From assembly GCA_902798205.1 (NCBI GenBank), contig CADBVV010000001.1:3020-67019 (forward strand): DNA of 64,000 bases. Reading direction: 5' to 3'. Below are positions 61,489 through 64,000 of the stretch, piece after piece (the stretch's first letter is position 1; every line of letters starts with the position of its first letter). The translations under genes were made by a program, and so were the position numbers. The notes under the pieces are model-generated. The model had not been told where the DNA came from. It did no database searches and saw nothing but the letters and a program-made list of their open reading frames with translations. This stretch comes from an uncultured Pseudomonadota bacterium (GTDB lineage: Bacteria > Pseudomonadota > Alphaproteobacteria > Rs-D84).

Positions 61489-62825
61489 AAATATTAAACG
61501 AACAACTTATCCGCGAAATATCAAATCTGCGTAACGAACCAGAATGGTTATTACAATGGCGATTGTCCGCTTTTGAAAAATGGAAAAAAATGAAAGAACC
61601 CCATTGGGCTGAAATCGATTATGAACCGATAGATTATGATTCTTTGAATTATTATAACAAACCAGAAAAAATTGATAATTCTGAATTAAAAGAAACTTAT
61701 GAAAAAATGGGGTTACCAGAATCAGAGCAACAGGCACTGCTTGGCATGGCAACAGACACTGTTATTGACAGCCAATCTGTTCATACATCATACAGTGAAG
61801 AACTGAAAAAACTGGGTATAATATTTTTACCCTTCTCTGAAGCAGTTATCCAATATCCAGATTTAGTAAAAAAATATCTGGGCAGTGTTGTTCCAAACGA
61901 CGATAACTTTTTTGCAGCACTTAATGCGGCAGTATTTTCAGACGGAACATTTGTATATATTCCACAGGGTGTTAAATGCCCTATTGATTTGGCCAGTTAT
62001 TTCAGAATTGAAACTGCAAAAATTGGACAATTTGAACGCACATTGATTATCGCAGAAGACAACAGCAGTCTTTCTTATATGGAAGGATGCAGTGCACCAC
62101 GTCGTCCAAACCATCAATTACACAGTGGTGTTGTGGAAATAATTGTTCACGATAATGCATATGTAAAATATTCAACGGTTCAAAACTGGTATGCCGGAGA
62201 TTCTGCCGTATACAGCGATTCAAAGACAAATAAAAATGGTATATTAAATTTTGTTACAAAACGCGGCAAGTGTTTCAAAAATGCAGGCCTTGATTGGACC
62301 CAGGTTGAAATTGGTTCTGCAATGACTTGGAAATATCCATCAACTGTTTTACAAGGCGATGGTTCCCACAGTGATTTTTATTCTTTATCAATCACACGTG
62401 GAACACAACAAGCAGATACCGGAACAAAAATGATTCATATTGGCAACAACACAAAATCCAATATTATTTCATACGGTGTTGCAACAGATTATTCACGACA
62501 AACATTCCGCAGTCTTGTTTCATTTTCTGGCATGGGCGGTAAAAATTCATGTAAATGCGACAGTCGCATTATTGGAAATAACGCAACTGCGAACACAATA
62601 CCAACCGTTATTCACAGCAACGCACAAAACGAACAATCACACGAAGCAACAACAGGTGCTATTGATAAAGACGCCCTGCTTTTCCTTATGCAAAATGGAA
62701 TCGAAGAAGATGAAGCAATCGCTTTGATTATCGGTTCTATGGCATCACCAATAATATCCAGATTACCAATGGAATTTTTGGTGGAATCAAAACAATTAAT
62801 ACAAATGGCTTTAAAGAAAGAATAG
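61485..62825 (+). CDS. sufB: Fe-S cluster assembly protein SufB
   Basis: GQFERTLI, EGCSAP, LH.GVVE, NFVTKRG, QADTGTKMIH, HEAT. Confidence 0.94.
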   Translation: MKILNEQLIREISNLRNEPEWLLQWRLSAFEKWKKMKEPHWAEIDYEPIDYDSLNYYNKPEKIDNSELKETYEKMGLPESEQQALLGMATDTVIDSQSVHTSYSEELKKLGIIFLPFSEAVIQYPDLVKKYLGSVVPNDDNFFAALNAAVFSDGTFVYIPQGVKCPIDLASYFRIETAKIGQFERTLIIAEDNSSLSYMEGCSAPRRPNHQLHSGVVEIIVHDNAYVKYSTVQNWYAGDSAVYSDSKTNKNGILNFVTKRGKCFKNAGLDWTQVEIGSAMTWKYPSTVLQGDGSHSDFYSLSITRGTQQADTGTKMIHIGNNTKSNIISYGVATDYSRQTFRSLVSFSGMGGKNSCKCDSRIIGNNATANTIPTVIHSNAQNEQSHEATTGAIDKDALLFLMQNGIEEDEAIALIIGSMASPIISRLPMEFLVESKQLIQMALKKE

Positions 62826-62829
62826 AAAA

Positions 62830-63507
62830 ATGTTAGAAATAAAAAATCTTTGTGTATCAATGAATGGCAAACCATTATTAAAAGATATTAATATGGTAAT
62901 TCAAGACGGCGCACGTCACAGACTGGCCGGACATAATGGTTCCGGGAAATCTACACTGGTTAATACAATTGCCGGCGATTCTGCTTATACAATTGATGCT
63001 GGTCAAATTATCTTTGACGGTAAAAACATAACAAATGAAAACGCAACAACACGCGCATTAATGGGGATATTCCTGGGGGCACAAAACGTCCCAGAAATTC
63101 CAGGTTTAACAGTTCTCAGTTTTCTTAAACATTCCATGATTGCGCACACTCATTTTAATACAGGCAAAGAATTATCCATGGGTGAATTTTTGGAAAAATT
63201 GGAATCTGCACGCGAACAATTAAACATCCCAAAAGAATGGTTAAATCGATATGTAAACGTTGGTTTTTCTGGTGGTGAACGCAAACGCATTATGTTATTA
63301 AGACTGGTTTTAACACAACCAAAACTTGCTATTTTGGATGAACCAGATTCTGGCGCCGATAAAGAAGTTCAACAACAAATAATCGACACTATTAACAATA
63401 TGCCAAACACTGCATTTTTATTTATTTCACATCAAGATGCTTTCGCATCAAAAATGAACATTACCGAAACAACTGCTTTGGATAATGGTAAAATTGTGGT
63501 AGAATAA
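62830..63507 (+). CDS. sufC: Fe-S cluster assembly ATPase SufC
   Basis: GHNGSGKSTL, EIPG, NVGFSGGERKR, ILDEPDSG. Confidence 0.9.
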   Translation: MLEIKNLCVSMNGKPLLKDINMVIQDGARHRLAGHNGSGKSTLVNTIAGDSAYTIDAGQIIFDGKNITNENATTRALMGIFLGAQNVPEIPGLTVLSFLKHSMIAHTHFNTGKELSMGEFLEKLESAREQLNIPKEWLNRYVNVGFSGGERKRIMLLRLVLTQPKLAILDEPDSGADKEVQQQIIDTINNMPNTAFLFISHQDAFASKMNITETTALDNGKIVVE

Positions 63508-63531
63508 GAAAGATAACTAAAAGGATAAACA

Positions 63532-64000
63532 ATGAAAGCAAAAAAACAAACCACACAAACACCAACATTATTAAATTGGTTATTTTATAAACCTTTATTG
63601 TTTGCAGTTTCTACATTTATCGGGGTTTCTGCCGTTGTATTGTTATATGCACTGATTGCTTCTATGTTAACACTTTCAAAAACACCTTTGATAGTTGGGG
63701 GCATAATTGTTATCTTGTATACAATATATTACCTGATAAAAAGATTGCCACACGAAAAAATGCCACGCAAAGATTTTATTGCAATCACAAACGGCGCATC
63801 TATTATTTCAATAGCATCTTCGATTATTGCAATATCTGTAATTGGTTTTTATGGTGCAATTATTCAACAAAAAATGTTGATGATGTATTTATTACACCCA
63901 ACAATCGTTAATATTATGTTGATTGCAATAGCATTATTATCTTTGTATTTATTTGGTGTTGCAATATCTGGAATTTATGCAAAATATAAACGTGTCACAA
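63532..64000 (+). CDS. Multi-pass membrane protein; runs off the window
   Basis: AAGGA RBS, ATG at 63532, successive hydrophobic segments. Confidence 0.65.
   Translation, partial: MKAKKQTTQTPTLLNWLFYKPLLFAVSTFIGVSAVVLLYALIASMLTLSKTPLIVGGIIVILYTIYYLIKRLPHEKMPRKDFIAITNGASIISIASSIIAISVIGFYGAIIQQKMLMMYLLHPTIVNIMLIAIALLSLYLFGVAISGIYAKYKRVT

Overview
AT-rich chromosome segment of an alphaproteobacterium. The gene order and reduced, divergent proteins suggest an uncultured host-associated lineage such as Rs-D84/'Enterousia' (inference, not a database result). Bases 1-18,000 hold the str-S10-spc-alpha ribosomal superoperon on the minus strand. It lacks rpmD and adk, rplV is broken by a deletion plus frameshift, and a Cys-rich secreted gene separates rpsK from rpoA. 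The rest is housekeeping genes (mltG, fabF/acpP, lepA, rbfA, ftsEX, tolB, fba, efp, dnaN, uvrC, parE, dnaJ, dnaA, dprA, plsY, rpsT, sufBC) and two tRNA-Pro genes, mixed with orphan secreted proteins and scattered pilus parts (PilN-like secretin, TcpQ-like protein, type IV pilin, VirB2-like pilin). Top leads: (1) a ~165-nt non-coding element present twice in opposite orientation (18331-18495 and 21429-21591) with compensatory base changes, each copy beside duplicated transcript 3'-end sequence; (2) a GNAT gene flanked by an exact 28-bp terminator duplication; (3) an intact tyrosine-integrase homologue that has lost its catalytic motifs, downstream of lepA; (4) a CdaA-type diadenylate cyclase, unusual for Alphaproteobacteria; (5) matching hairpins ahead of rplE and rplR. 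No rRNA or CRISPR array was seen.
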